Below, piece after piece: positions 22,250-32,726 of a stretch of DNA of 64,000 nt. This stretch comes from Dehalococcoidia bacterium. Its GTDB lineage: Bacteria; Chloroflexota; Dehalococcoidia; Lucifugimonadales; SAR202-VII-2. The notes under the pieces are model-generated. The model ran no database searches and was not told the DNA's origin. It saw nothing but the letters and a program-made list of their open reading frames with translations. The stretch lies in assembly GCA_965263165.1 (NCBI GenBank), contig OZ253584.1, positions 64,178-128,177 on the forward strand. The letters run 5' to 3'. Both the position numbers and the translations under genes were made by a program. How positions within the stretch are numbered: the stretch's first letter is position 1; every line of letters starts with the position of its first letter.

Positions 22250-23116
22250 ATGACACTACGCGAGATCACCATTGAGTCCCATGGGATTCCCACCCGCGTC
22301 TATGCCGCCGGTTCGGGGCCGGCAATCGTCCTGATTCACGGCCTTGGGGGAGCCGCCGTCACCTGGCGCCCCGCGTGGGAAGGGCTGGCGGACCGCTTCA
22401 CCGTCATTGCCCCCGACCTGCCCGGACACGGCCGCAGCGGAGAACCCAAGGGCAAGTACGCCCTGAACGAGGCGCCCCCCTGGGTAGTGGGCCTGCTCGA
22501 CTCCCTAGACATCGAAAAGGCGGCGCTGGTCGGACACTCCATGGGAGGACTGGTGGCCACGGCCACAGCCCTAGAACACCCAGGCCGCGTAACGGGCCTG
22601 GTGCTGGAGGACAGTGCCGGACTGGGCCGGGAAATCACACCTATGCTGCGGGTTCTGTCCATTCCTGTGCTGGGGGAGCTTCTGGTTCTGGCCTTCCGAA
22701 GGAGCATTCCCGTAGCCATCAAGAGGCTCGTCTACGATCCAACCACGGTCCCGCCCGATTTGCTCGAAGCGCTCCGCCGGGAACGAGCCGGACCAAAAAA
22801 CATCAGAGCCTGGCTGCGGATGCTCCGCCTGGGCGTCGGCATTGGCGGCTTCAGGCCCGAAGTGCTCATGCTGGACGGATCGCCCCGCCTGGAGATGCCA
22901 ACGCTGGTGCTCTGGGGGCGGCAGGACGCCGTGGTTTCCTTTCAGCACGGCGAGAGCGCAGCTGCGCGCATCCCCAACGGAATGTTGCACGTCTTCCCGG
23001 ACTGTGGCCACCTACCCCACATCGAGCACGCCGGCGCCTTCAACGACCTGGTCGCCGCATTTCTAACCAACGGCCCAAACTCCCAGACCTCCAACGCATA
23101 CGCGAACCACATTTAG
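22250..23116 (+). CDS. Alpha/beta fold hydrolase
   Basis: HGLGG, PDLPGHG, GHSMGG nucleophile elbow, CGHLPH. Confidence 0.9.
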   Translation: MTLREITIESHGIPTRVYAAGSGPAIVLIHGLGGAAVTWRPAWEGLADRFTVIAPDLPGHGRSGEPKGKYALNEAPPWVVGLLDSLDIEKAALVGHSMGGLVATATALEHPGRVTGLVLEDSAGLGREITPMLRVLSIPVLGELLVLAFRRSIPVAIKRLVYDPTTVPPDLLEALRRERAGPKNIRAWLRMLRLGVGIGGFRPEVLMLDGSPRLEMPTLVLWGRQDAVVSFQHGESAAARIPNGMLHVFPDCGHLPHIEHAGAFNDLVAAFLTNGPNSQTSNAYANHI

Positions 23117-23190
23117 CCCGGCGCCGGCCCCGCCATGCGCTATACTGAATCTGCGCCCTTCACTCAGGCGCCACCGAGGACGACGCCCCA

Positions 23191-24273
23191 ATGACCATGT
23201 CCAACAATATTCCCGTAGCCAGGCTCGAGGGCATCCTGACCCGCTACGAGGAGATCGAACAGCAGATGGCCCGGCCAGAGGTTGCCACCAACCACGACGA
23301 GGTCCTGCAACTGGCCCGCGAGAGGGCAACCCTTGAGGATGTCGTCACCCTCTACCGCGAGTACAAGGCAGCCACCGGCGCCCTGGGGGAAGCGCGGGAA
23401 ATGCTCGGCGACCCCGAGCTGGAAGAATTGGCTCGAACCGAAGCCGATGCCCTGGAAGGGCGCTCGGAGGAACTCGAGCGACGCCTGCAGGGCACCCTCG
23501 TCTCCAAGGACCCCAACGACGAGAAGAACGTGATCATGGAAATCCGCGCAGGCACGGGGGGCGAGGAGGCCGCGATGTTCGCCGCCGACCTCTTCCGGGT
23601 CTACAGCCGCTACGCCGAGAGCCGGCGCTGGCATGTCGACGTCGTGGACAGCAATATGACCCCCACAGGAGGATTCAAGGAAATCGTCTTCGAGATCAGG
23701 GGCCGCGGGGCCTTCAGCCGTTTGAAGCACGAGAGCGGCGTGCACCGCGTGCAGCGCGTCCCTTCCACGGAGGCCAACGGCCGCATTCACACCTCCACCA
23801 CCACCGTGGCCGTCCTTCCGGAGGCCGAGGAGGTGGAAGTCGGCATCAGCCCCGAGGACATTCGCACCGACATCTTTCACTCCGGCGGAGCAGGTGGGCA
23901 GAACGTCAACAAAGTGGCTACCGCCGTCCGCGTCACCCACCTCCCCACCGGCGTCGTCGTGGTCTGCCAGGATGAACGCTCCCAGCACCGCAACCGCAAC
24001 AAGGCCATGACCGTTCTGCGAACAAGGCTGTTGGACATAGAGACTCGCCGGAAGCAGGAAGAGACCGCGGCGGACCGCCGCTCCCAGGTCGGCTCCGGCG
24101 AGCGCGCCGAAAAGGTGCGAACCTACAACTTTGCCCAGAACCGCGTCACCGACCATCGCATCAATCTCACCACCTACAACCTCGATAGAATCCTGGAAGG
24201 GGACCTCGGCGAATTCGTCGACGCCCTCAGGGCCGACGAACACGCCCGCAAGCTGGAAGAGGCCGCCGTTTGA
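23191..24273 (+). CDS. prfA: Peptide chain release factor 1
   Basis: EIRAGTGGEEA, PST (PxT) motif, GGQ. Confidence 0.96.
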   Translation: MTMSNNIPVARLEGILTRYEEIEQQMARPEVATNHDEVLQLARERATLEDVVTLYREYKAATGALGEAREMLGDPELEELARTEADALEGRSEELERRLQGTLVSKDPNDEKNVIMEIRAGTGGEEAAMFAADLFRVYSRYAESRRWHVDVVDSNMTPTGGFKEIVFEIRGRGAFSRLKHESGVHRVQRVPSTEANGRIHTSTTTVAVLPEAEEVEVGISPEDIRTDIFHSGGAGGQNVNKVATAVRVTHLPTGVVVVCQDERSQHRNRNKAMTVLRTRLLDIETRRKQEETAADRRSQVGSGERAEKVRTYNFAQNRVTDHRINLTTYNLDRILEGDLGEFVDALRADEHARKLEEAAV

Positions 24274-25166
24274 ACCCCGGAGAAGCCGTCCGCTGGCTGG
24301 AGACCTCCCTGGACGACGCCGGCCTGGACGACGCCCGCATCGAAGCCGAGGCCTTGGTCATGAGCGCCCTGGCCGCCAACCGGGCATCCCTCTACGCGGC
24401 CTGGCGCGACGACATCGTCACCGCGGCCCAGGAGCGCAGCCTCTCGAACCTGCTCGAAAGAAGGCTCAGTCGGGAACCCCTTGCCTATGTCGTAGGCCAT
24501 CGTGAGTTCTACGGCCTCGACCTCCTCGCTGACCAGCGGGCGCTCATACCCAGGCCCGAGACTGAATTGCTCGTTGACCTTGCCCTGGAAGCAGCCCGCG
24601 GCGTCAACCCTGCGGGACGAGTCGCAATCGCCGACGTGGGCGCAGGCTGCGGGGCCGTCGCCATAGCGCTGGCCCACCATCTGCCGCATGCAACCGTCTG
24701 GGCCGTCGACCTGTCAGCGGCGGCGCTGCAAGTGGCCGCCGCCAACGCCAACCGCTACGGAGTGGCGGAACGCGTTACACTCCTCCACGGCGACCTCCTG
24801 ACCCCCCTGCCCGCCCCTGTCGACATCATCGTCAGCAATCCTCCCTACGTCCCGCAGGACGTCCTCCCCCGCTTGGCGCCGGAGGTGTTGCGGGAGCCCC
24901 GGCAGGCATTGGACGGTGGCGTCAAGGGCCTGTCCGTCATCGAGCGGCTGCTACAACAGGCCCCTGCTCATCTCGCGGCCCCAGGCGCGCTTCTGCTCGA
25001 GTGCAGCCCGGAGCAGGCAAACGACATTGAGCGCTTGGCGCGCCTGGCGTTCCCAAGCGCCGAAATCGAGATCGTGAAGGACCTGGCCGGCAGAGACCGA
25101 GTGCTGAGCGTTCAGGCCCCCGCCGTCCGCCCGCTACACCTCGCCGTATCGGAAGCAGTCAACTAG
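24270..25166 (+). CDS. prmC: Release factor glutamine methyltransferase
   Basis: LIPRPETE, DVGAGCG, SNPPY; overlaps the prfA stop. Confidence 0.93.
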   Translation: MNPGEAVRWLETSLDDAGLDDARIEAEALVMSALAANRASLYAAWRDDIVTAAQERSLSNLLERRLSREPLAYVVGHREFYGLDLLADQRALIPRPETELLVDLALEAARGVNPAGRVAIADVGAGCGAVAIALAHHLPHATVWAVDLSAAALQVAAANANRYGVAERVTLLHGDLLTPLPAPVDIIVSNPPYVPQDVLPRLAPEVLREPRQALDGGVKGLSVIERLLQQAPAHLAAPGALLLECSPEQANDIERLARLAFPSAEIEIVKDLAGRDRVLSVQAPAVRPLHLAVSEAVN

Positions 25167-25691
25167 ATGATCGTTCACCAACCCCTCGGCCTGCATGAAG
25201 GCGTAGCAGATCGTTGGGCCAACGAACTTGAAGCCCCGGCTCTGAAGGTCCTTGCTCATCTCCCCCGACTCCTTCGTCCGCGCCGGCAGTTCATCCACGC
25301 TGTTCCACGAGTTCTTGATCGGTCTGCCGCCCACAAACCTCCAGATGTATGCCGCGAAGCTTCCGAACTCCTCCCGCACCGGTCCGAGCGCCTTCGCGTT
25401 GCCTATGGCCGAAGCGATCTTCTGCCGATTGCGGACGATCCCCGAGTCGGCGAGCAGGTCGGCGAACTTGGAGTCGTCGTATGTGGCAACGATTTCCGGA
25501 TCGAACCCGTCGAAGGCGCGACGGTAGCTCTCTCGTTTCTTTAGGATGGTCGACCAGCTCAGTCCGGCCTGCGCGCCCTCGAGCACCAGGGACTCGAACA
25601 GCCTCCTGTCGTCGTGCTTCGGAACGCCCCACTCGGTGTCGTGGTAGTGCGCCATCAACTCGTCGTTCCCTGCCCAGTCGCAGCGTCTCAT
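25134..25691 (-). CDS. tag: DNA-3-methyladenine glycosylase I
   Basis: RCDWA, YHDTEWG, LEGAQAGLSW, FVGPTICYAFMQA, NDHLVDC. Confidence 0.93.
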   Translation of the reverse strand: MRRCDWAGNDELMAHYHDTEWGVPKHDDRRLFESLVLEGAQAGLSWSTILKKRESYRRAFDGFDPEIVATYDDSKFADLLADSGIVRNRQKIASAIGNAKALGPVREEFGSFAAYIWRFVGGRPIKNSWNSVDELPARTKESGEMSKDLQSRGFKFVGPTICYAFMQAEGLVNDHLVDCFRYGEV

Positions 25692-25849
25692 CCATCCTCC
25701 AGAGCCGTCATTCCTACCTGAGCGACCCATTGTACAATCGCAGTCGCCGGTCCGCGAGTCATCTAGGAGGAACGATGAAGACTGACGAGGCCGACGATGA
25801 ATATCGACAGCCATCACACCGGACGAGCGTATAACAGATTACTTGCAGG

Positions 25850-28800
25850 CTATTCCTCCTCCGGGAGCAGCACGACCCGCACGTAGCGGTCGTCAGTGAA
25901 GTAGCGCTGAGCTGCGGCCGCGACCTGTTCCAGAGTCAACGCATCCAACAACTCATCGAAGCTTACAATCTCCGTGAACAACTCGCCCCGCTGCACCGCG
26001 GCCCGGATCTGGCTGAGCCAGAATCCGTTGTCCCGAAGCTGTTCCTGTCGGGAGGTGCGCAGAAGCTCCTTAACTGTGTCCAGGTAATTCTGCTCACCTC
26101 CCTCGCGCAGCCAATCCACTTCTACCATCACCTCCCCAAAGAGCTCTTCGGCGCGCGAGGGGTCGCTGCCGAAAATTATTGAGACCAGATACTCCGGATC
26201 CGGAAGACTAGAGCCATTTGCGTTCACCCCGATGCCATAGGTGCCGCCAAGCTCCTCGCGCACTCGCTCGCGCAAACGGATTCCGAGAATCTCGCCGGCC
26301 ACGGTAAGCGTCAGCGCCTCCTGGCGGCTCCACTCCATATCCCCGGCATATACCAACATCGTCTGACTGCGTGGTTCGATGCCGCTGCGGACGACGTGGT
26401 CTTCCACTCCCATCGGCGGGTCGATGCCTACGTCCTGCCACTGCTCGGCGCGCCCGGTTGTCGGCAGGCTGGCCAAGTACGTGGCGGTCAAAGAGCGCAG
26501 GTTCTCCCAGTCGAACGCGCCCACGAAAACGAAGGTTGCATCGCCCAGGTCCGCAAACCGGTCGTCGTACACCGCTTCAGCGCGCTCCACGCTCAACTCC
26601 TCCAGCAGTCCGACGGTGAGAGGCCGGCGGCGGAAATGGTCCTGGGCCAGCACAGTTCTTGCGGTGTCGAAGAGAACCGCGTCCGGCTGGGCGGCGTTGA
26701 TCTCGGCGACGCTGCGCAGACTGGACTCGTACCTTGCGAAGAAGACCGGGTCCAGCCGGGGAGCGGTTGCATAGAGCGTAATCAGTTGGAACAGTGTCTC
26801 CATGTCCTCCGGTGAGACGCTGCCCGTGAAGCCTTCAAACAGCTCCCCGATGTAAGGGGACACCGAGACCCTTTTCCCGGCCAGCAACTTCTCCAATGTC
26901 ACATTGTCGTGTGGACCGACCCCACTTCCGGAAACCAGCTGGGCCGCGTAAAGAGCGGACACATGGTCCTCGTCTGCTGCCAGCGAGTGCCCGCCGGGAC
27001 TGAACGCCCTGAATTCCACTTCATCGTCGCGGAAGTCGGTCTGCTTGGCTATCACGGTAATGCCGTTGGATAGCGTCCACTTCTGAGCGTCGATAGACTC
27101 TATCTCCTCTTCCTCAGTGATGCTCCCCGGAGTCGGAAGCGTTGCCAGCAGCGGGACGTCGTCTAGGGCGTCCAGATAGGGGTCCACCTCCAGGGTGTTG
27201 GCCGTCTGGAGTTGTGCCAGCGTCGCCGACGCCAGATCTCCATCTGACCTAGCGTCAGTCTCTTCGGGACGCACTACCAAGAGCGCCGTGTCCGCGGGCT
27301 GAGTCCAGAATTCGGCCAGGGCATTGAACTCCGCCACCGAGATCTGCGGCAGCAGCTCCTGGTAAAGCTCCCACTCAGCCTCTATGCCGGGCGCGGGCGT
27401 TCCGCTGAGAAAGTGGTCGGCGTACTCGTTGACGAAGCTCTGTGACGGAATCTGGTCCCGTTGCTTGTACAAGCTCTCCACTGAGCGCAACAGGTTATCC
27501 TTCTCCCGTTCCAGTTCGGTGTCTGTGAAGCCGTGCTGTCTAATACGCTGCATCTCCTCCAGCACAGCCGCCAACCCGCCCTCTACGCCGTCCGGCTCCA
27601 CCCACGCCGAAAACGTCATGATGTCCAGTGGTTCCACGTACGGTGAACGTCCAGCTTCAGCAGCCAGATACGGGGGATCGGCGACCTGGCCTCGCTCGAA
27701 CAGTCTCGCGTTCAGCATCCCAAATGCAAGCCTTTCAACGACCACACGCCGAAGAGCCTCAAGGTCTTGTCCTGCCTCCGGGGCAAGCTTTCGGACCAGG
27801 ACGAACTGGGTGCCGGGCGACTCGGAATCGGTGAACACTTCGATGCGCGGCGTCTCGTTGCCCGGAATGTCGAAACCCGGCCTATCGGTGGAAGGCGCCA
27901 CCGCGGCGCGCTCCTGGTTGGCCTCGCCCTCTGGTGGCGGCGCAAAGTGCTGTTTCACCTTGGCCTCAATCAACTCAGCATCAAAGTCACCCACGGCAAC
28001 GATGGCCATCAGGTCAGGCCTGTACCAACGTTCGTAGTAGTCCCTCAGGCGCTCTACCATCGCGGTCTCAACGACCTCCGGCAGGCCAATAGGACTCCGG
28101 TCGGCGTAGCGCGAAGAGCCGAAAATTAGTCGGAACAGGTTATCTTCAAGACGCGAGTAGAACCCCTGTGACAGGCGCCACTCCTCCAGGACCACATCGC
28201 GCTCCAGTTCAACCTCAACCGGGTCGAAGCTCACCGCGTAGGCCCAGTCACTGAGAATCTGGAATGCGGTCTCGGTAATCTCAGGATCGTCGGTCGGGAT
28301 CTCCAGCCAATAGAGGGTGTCATCGAAGCCTGTCCGGGCGTTCAGGTCGGCGCCAAAGGTGCTGCCAATGGACTCAAGGTATTCGACGATCTCCTGCTTG
28401 GCGAAACGCTCGGTCCCATTGAACGCCATGTGCTCTGCGAAGTGCGCCAGCCCCCGCTGGTCCTCCTCTTCTAGGACAGAGCCGGCCTTTACCACCAGCG
28501 CTATTTGGGCCCGGTCCCGCGGCTCCTCGTTGTGCCTGATGTAGTAGCTTAGCCCGTTCGAAAGGGAGCCGCGAACCACGGAGGGATCAAAAGCCAGAGC
28601 TTCGGGGGGTTCTGGGGTTGCAGTAGCAGTAGGCACCGGACTTGGCGTAGCAGTGGGCGCTGGGGTTGCAGTAACCGTGGGCGCCGGACTTGGCGTAGCA
28701 GTGGGCGCCGGGGTTGAAGTGGGCGTAGGTGCTACTGGCGCGGCGGTGGGCGTGGGTTCCGGACTTGGGGTGGGTGAGGGTGCTACCGGCACGGCAGTAG

Positions 28801-28939
28801 GCGTGGGCGTCGCTGGCGCGAGTGTCGCCTTGGGTTCAGGCCCTGCAGTGGGCGTGGGTTGGGAACCGCACCCTATCAACGCCACAAGCATCAACGTGAT
28901 GCAGATAACAATGAATGCTGACTTCACATTTGCGCTCAT
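25850..28939 (-). CDS. M16 family zinc metallopeptidase (PqqL-like), probable lipoprotein with a Pro/Thr linker
   Basis: HFAEHMAFNGT (HxxEH), LSNG repeats, LIGC lipobox, PTAT repeats. Confidence 0.9.
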   Translation of the reverse strand: MSANVKSAFIVICITLMLVALIGCGSQPTPTAGPEPKATLAPATPTPTAVPVAPSPTPSPEPTPTAAPVAPTPTSTPAPTATPSPAPTVTATPAPTATPSPVPTATATPEPPEALAFDPSVVRGSLSNGLSYYIRHNEEPRDRAQIALVVKAGSVLEEEDQRGLAHFAEHMAFNGTERFAKQEIVEYLESIGSTFGADLNARTGFDDTLYWLEIPTDDPEITETAFQILSDWAYAVSFDPVEVELERDVVLEEWRLSQGFYSRLEDNLFRLIFGSSRYADRSPIGLPEVVETAMVERLRDYYERWYRPDLMAIVAVGDFDAELIEAKVKQHFAPPPEGEANQERAAVAPSTDRPGFDIPGNETPRIEVFTDSESPGTQFVLVRKLAPEAGQDLEALRRVVVERLAFGMLNARLFERGQVADPPYLAAEAGRSPYVEPLDIMTFSAWVEPDGVEGGLAAVLEEMQRIRQHGFTDTELEREKDNLLRSVESLYKQRDQIPSQSFVNEYADHFLSGTPAPGIEAEWELYQELLPQISVAEFNALAEFWTQPADTALLVVRPEETDARSDGDLASATLAQLQTANTLEVDPYLDALDDVPLLATLPTPGSITEEEEIESIDAQKWTLSNGITVIAKQTDFRDDEVEFRAFSPGGHSLAADEDHVSALYAAQLVSGSGVGPHDNVTLEKLLAGKRVSVSPYIGELFEGFTGSVSPEDMETLFQLITLYATAPRLDPVFFARYESSLRSVAEINAAQPDAVLFDTARTVLAQDHFRRRPLTVGLLEELSVERAEAVYDDRFADLGDATFVFVGAFDWENLRSLTATYLASLPTTGRAEQWQDVGIDPPMGVEDHVVRSGIEPRSQTMLVYAGDMEWSRQEALTLTVAGEILGIRLRERVREELGGTYGIGVNANGSSLPDPEYLVSIIFGSDPSRAEELFGEVMVEVDWLREGGEQNYLDTVKELLRTSRQEQLRDNGFWLSQIRAAVQRGELFTEIVSFDELLDALTLEQVAAAAQRYFTDDRYVRVVLLPEEE

Positions 28940-29129
28940 CTATCTCGTCTCTCACTATTCATCCCAGGATCTTTCAAGAGGCTACGTCGATACGTGTGTA
29001 AGCAACATGAGTCGGCGATCTTCTCAAGAGTTGCTTCAAAGCCTATTCCATCTACATGCCGTGAACCGACGTAAACCTCTCCAGAAACTACATCAGCCGC
29101 AGTCCAACCGCAGGAATCCCTGGCAATGG

Positions 29130-29158
29130 AAAGGGGCGGGTCAATGACTCGCCCCTTT
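29130..29158. terminator. Intrinsic terminator
   Basis: AAAGGGGCGGGTCAATGACTCGCCCCTTT hairpin just downstream of the cupin gene. Confidence 0.65.
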
Positions 29159-29188
29159 ACGCTTGCGCCCAAGTCCCGGGAGCTACAG

Positions 29189-29800
29189 CTAGCTAGAGAA
29201 CATCTCCATGGGAGTCTGACGGGGACCCAGGCCCTGCCAGTACTTGTTGGTCTTGGGGTCGTAGCGCCCCTGCATGAAGCTACCCTGCTTCTCGCTGCGA
29301 ATGATCACCGCCACGCTGCGGACGCCGTGGTTGTTCTCCGCGTGGATCTCCCACGGGCGGACCAGGTCAACCACACCCGGCTCCACGAAGTCGTTGGCGG
29401 TCTGCTCTATCTCCGCGTAGCCCTCTTGCGAGCCGTCGTCCAGCCGCTTGTAGCGCTCGATGTACTCCGTGCCGTCCAGCACGCCATAGAGGGTGTAGAT
29501 GTGGGCGTGGTCGTGGACGAGGCTGACGCCGTCGTACCGGCTGTTGGCGGACTTGGTCAGACCGTTGATCACGAACTTGAAGTCGGGGTCCTCGTAGAAG
29601 AGCAGGTTCTCGGCCCTGCCGTCCTGTGGCACACAATCCGGCCAACTCTTGGATGCCTCAATGACATCAGGGTCGCTCAGAAGCTCCAAGAGGACGGGCC
29701 TCATGGCCTCCCAGCGCTTCTCGGGGTCCGGCTCGCTGGCGAACAACTCCCGGGTCCTGGCAACGAATCTCGTTACTGCGGTTTCTGTCTTGACGACCAT
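29189..29800 (-). CDS. Cysteine dioxygenase-like cupin metalloenzyme
   Basis: HDH...TLYGV and EIHAE metal-binding pattern; LFYEDPDFKF. Confidence 0.7.
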   Translation of the reverse strand: MVVKTETAVTRFVARTRELFASEPDPEKRWEAMRPVLLELLSDPDVIEASKSWPDCVPQDGRAENLLFYEDPDFKFVINGLTKSANSRYDGVSLVHDHAHIYTLYGVLDGTEYIERYKRLDDGSQEGYAEIEQTANDFVEPGVVDLVRPWEIHAENNHGVRSVAVIIRSEKQGSFMQGRYDPKTNKYWQGLGPRQTPMEMFSS

Positions 29801-29914
29801 CCCCTGCCTCCTGGTGCAAACATTCTGATACCCCACGCTGAACATACGCGCCGCACGGAGCCCTTGTCAAGCGCCCCCGCGTCGCTGTACCCGCGTCGCT
29901 CCTATCGACTGCAT

Positions 29915-30002
29915 TGGTGCCGAGGGTGGGAATCGAACCCACACCCCCGTTGCCGGGGAAAGGGTTTTAAGCCCCTCGCGTCTACCTTTCCGCCACCTCG
30001 GC
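29915..30002 (-). tRNA. tRNA-Leu (anticodon TAA)
   Basis: GCCGAGG/CCTCGGC acceptor stem, AGGGG-CTTAAAA-CCCTT anticodon arm, long variable arm, GGTTCGATTCCC, encoded CCA. Confidence 0.95.
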
Positions 30003-30230
30003 CGGCGTTCCAGGAAATTATAGCATCGGCTTGCCTCGCAGACGCTTGGGCCAACCCGACGTTGCGGACTCGATCGGGCCGCCCTGCCCCCGCCGTCCCA
30101 TGGGCGCGGGTGCCCGCCTCATCCCCCAGCCTGTCTTCCACGTATCTGAACGAACACTGCCCATTGCAACCGGCCGCCGATGGAGTATCATGTCGCGGCG
30201 TCGGCGCAGCCGGCGCGGCAAGGAGGCGCT

Positions 30231-31217
30231 ATGAACATCCTCGTAACCGGCGGGCTTGGGGTCAACGGCTGTTGGGTCACCCGGCAGCTCCTGGAAATGG
30301 GCCACAACCCCGTCGTCTTTGACGTCCGCCCCGACTTCTCCCTCGTATCCGACATCGCAACCGAGATCGAAGTGGTCCAGCGCGACGTCACCGACTTTGC
30401 CGCCATACTGCGGGCCCTCAAGGACCACCGCATCGAGCGGATCTGCCACCTGGCCGCAATCTACCCCGACGCCGCCGACGAGAACCCGGTGCGCGGATTC
30501 CAGGTCAACGCCACCACCACCGTGCAGATCCTCGACGCCGCCCGTATCATGGGCGTGGACCGGGTGGTCTTCACCAGCTCGCTCGGCGCCTTGGCGCCTA
30601 TAACCCAGGACTACCTCGTCCCGGAGCGCAAGCCCATCAACGAGGATTACCCCGTCTGGCCCACCAACAGCGTCTACGGCGCCACCAAGGCGGCCAGCGA
30701 GCTCATGGGCCTGAACTATGAGCGGCTCTACGGCATCAAGTTCATCGCCCTCCGGTTCGCCCCCATCTACGGACCCGGCAAGCACGCTCCCCGGCACGGC
30801 AATATCAACGTCCTCTGGAACCGGATCATGGAACACGCTATGCTCGGAGAGCCCATGCGCTTCGAAACCGGCGGCGATGAGCCCTATGACATGACGTACT
30901 CCCGCGACGTGGCCCACAGCGTCGTGTTGGGCTGCTTGGCCCCCACCCCAGAGCATGGCGTCTTTCACATTGGCAGCGGCCGGAGCCATACCCTCCGGGA
31001 GTTCGTCGACGGCGTCAAGGAGGTCATCCCCAGCGCCCGCATTGAGGCCGGCCCCGGACTGGCCAACGGCGCCGGACCAGGGGGTCCCTGGCTCTTCGAC
31101 ACCAGCCGGGCCAGGGCGGAGCTGGGCTACGAGGCCCAGTACGCCCCCAAGGAGGCCGTTCAGGATTGGCTGCACTGGTTGGAGCGGCTGGACCTGGAGA
31201 TCATACCGTCCAAGTAG
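30231..31217 (+). CDS. NAD-dependent epimerase/dehydratase
   Basis: ILVTGGLGVNG, HLAA, YGATK, IYGPG. Confidence 0.9.
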   Translation: MNILVTGGLGVNGCWVTRQLLEMGHNPVVFDVRPDFSLVSDIATEIEVVQRDVTDFAAILRALKDHRIERICHLAAIYPDAADENPVRGFQVNATTTVQILDAARIMGVDRVVFTSSLGALAPITQDYLVPERKPINEDYPVWPTNSVYGATKAASELMGLNYERLYGIKFIALRFAPIYGPGKHAPRHGNINVLWNRIMEHAMLGEPMRFETGGDEPYDMTYSRDVAHSVVLGCLAPTPEHGVFHIGSGRSHTLREFVDGVKEVIPSARIEAGPGLANGAGPGGPWLFDTSRARAELGYEAQYAPKEAVQDWLHWLERLDLEIIPSK

Positions 31218-31221
31218 CATC

Positions 31222-31455
31222 ACCCCCTCCCTCTCGAAAAACGGGGTTGGGGTGAGAGCGAGGCGCCCATCCAGACGGGCGGCGCCACTGCGCTTCCCGC
31301 GAGGCGCCGGGGCTATGCCCCGCCGGGGTTGCAAGGGCAACCCCAAACGTCCCAAAGGAGGGTGCAGGGAACCAAGGTTCCCGCCGGGGGTGTGCGTGTC
31401 CCCCACAACACAAACGTCGGAGGGCGGAGCGGGTGGGAAGACGGCGCAGGCCATA
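31222..31455. repeat. REP/MITE-like palindromic intergenic element
   Basis: GGGTGCAGGG...GCCGGGGG...AAACGTCGGAGGGCGG...GGTGGGAAGACGGCGCAGGCC shared with copies near 42300, 42890 and 43555. Confidence 0.6.
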
Positions 31456-31531
31456 GGGCGCCTCTTCGCCAAGCTTCCCGAAAGCAAAGTATCGATTCAG
31501 ACAGGTGGAGAACCCAGGAAGGAGGAACATC

Positions 31532-32620
31532 ATGGCAGGAACCGCAAAGGCCGCCGTTTTCGTGGGGGCCGGCAAGCCGCTGGAGATCCAGGAATTCCCA
31601 ATACCGGCCATCGAGCCGGGGGCCGCGCTCGTCAGCATGGACATGGCCGCCATCTGCGGCACCGACGCCCACGCCATTCACCTGGAGTCAACGCCCCATC
31701 CCGTCATCTTCGGCCATGAGAACATCGGCGTCCTGGCGGGGCTAAGTTCGGAGGCAACGCAGGATGTCCTGGGCAACCCGCTCAAGGAGGGTGACCGCGT
31801 GATATTCCGCGCCGCCCCCTGCGGCCAGTGCAAGGGCTGCGTGCTGGGCAGCCGATGCCGGAACTCCCCCTCTTACGGGTTCCTCCCTTCGGACGAGCCT
31901 CCCCACCTGCGCGGGGGCTTTGGCCAGTATCTCTACCTCGACCCCGGCCCCTGGATTCTGCGAATCCCCGACGACATGTCATCGGAACGGGCGCTGCTCA
32001 GCGTAGTCGGGAACCATACCGCCCTCCACGGCGTCGAGAAGATCGGCGGCTTCACGCTCTCCGACACGGTGGTCGTGCAGGGCTCCGGTCCCATCGGCAT
32101 CGGCGCCCAGACACAGGCCAAGCTGGCCGGCGCCGAGCGGGTCATCATGATCGGCGCCCCGCCAAACCGGCTCGCCCTGGCCAAGGAGATGGGTGCCGAC
32201 GAGACCATTGACATCACCCAACTCCGCGAGCCCGAGGCGCGCGTCGCTCGCGTCATGGAGCTGACCGGAGGAGAGGGCGCCGACATGGTTATCGAGTGCT
32301 CGGGCGCTCCTTCAGCCTTCCAGGAAGGGCTTGAGATGGTGGCGCAAGGCGGCAAATACCTCGTCATCGGGCAGTGGACCGATTACGGCCCCCGGCCCAT
32401 CAATCCGTCGCTGGTTACCCGCAAGGGCATACGCGTGGAGGGCGTCATCTCGGCCAGGCCCAGCCACATCGTCCGGTCCGTTCAGGCGATGCACACCATG
32501 GTGAAATACCCGGTCGAAAAGCTGATCACCCACCAGTACCCGCTCGCCGACATCAACAAGGGCTTCGAGACCCACGAGAGCCTCGAGGCGATGGTCGCCG
32601 TTATCAGGCCGAACCAGTAG
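31532..32620 (+). CDS. Zinc-binding alcohol dehydrogenase, paralogue 1
   Basis: ICGTD, GHE, CGQCKGC, GSGPIG. Confidence 0.9.
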   Translation: MAGTAKAAVFVGAGKPLEIQEFPIPAIEPGAALVSMDMAAICGTDAHAIHLESTPHPVIFGHENIGVLAGLSSEATQDVLGNPLKEGDRVIFRAAPCGQCKGCVLGSRCRNSPSYGFLPSDEPPHLRGGFGQYLYLDPGPWILRIPDDMSSERALLSVVGNHTALHGVEKIGGFTLSDTVVVQGSGPIGIGAQTQAKLAGAERVIMIGAPPNRLALAKEMGADETIDITQLREPEARVARVMELTGGEGADMVIECSGAPSAFQEGLEMVAQGGKYLVIGQWTDYGPRPINPSLVTRKGIRVEGVISARPSHIVRSVQAMHTMVKYPVEKLITHQYPLADINKGFETHESLEAMVAVIRPNQ

Positions 32621-32726
32621 CCTTCATGCAGTCTTCAAACGCATGGTCTTCCGCCCCGGCGCCCATCAACGGCGGGCGCCGGGGACCCGCTCAGACGAAA
32701 GTAGAAAGCCAACGAGACCGGAGGTA

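Noticed and set aside
25134-29915. Island integrated at tRNA-Leu
   Set aside because: No duplicated tRNA 3' end or integrase found.
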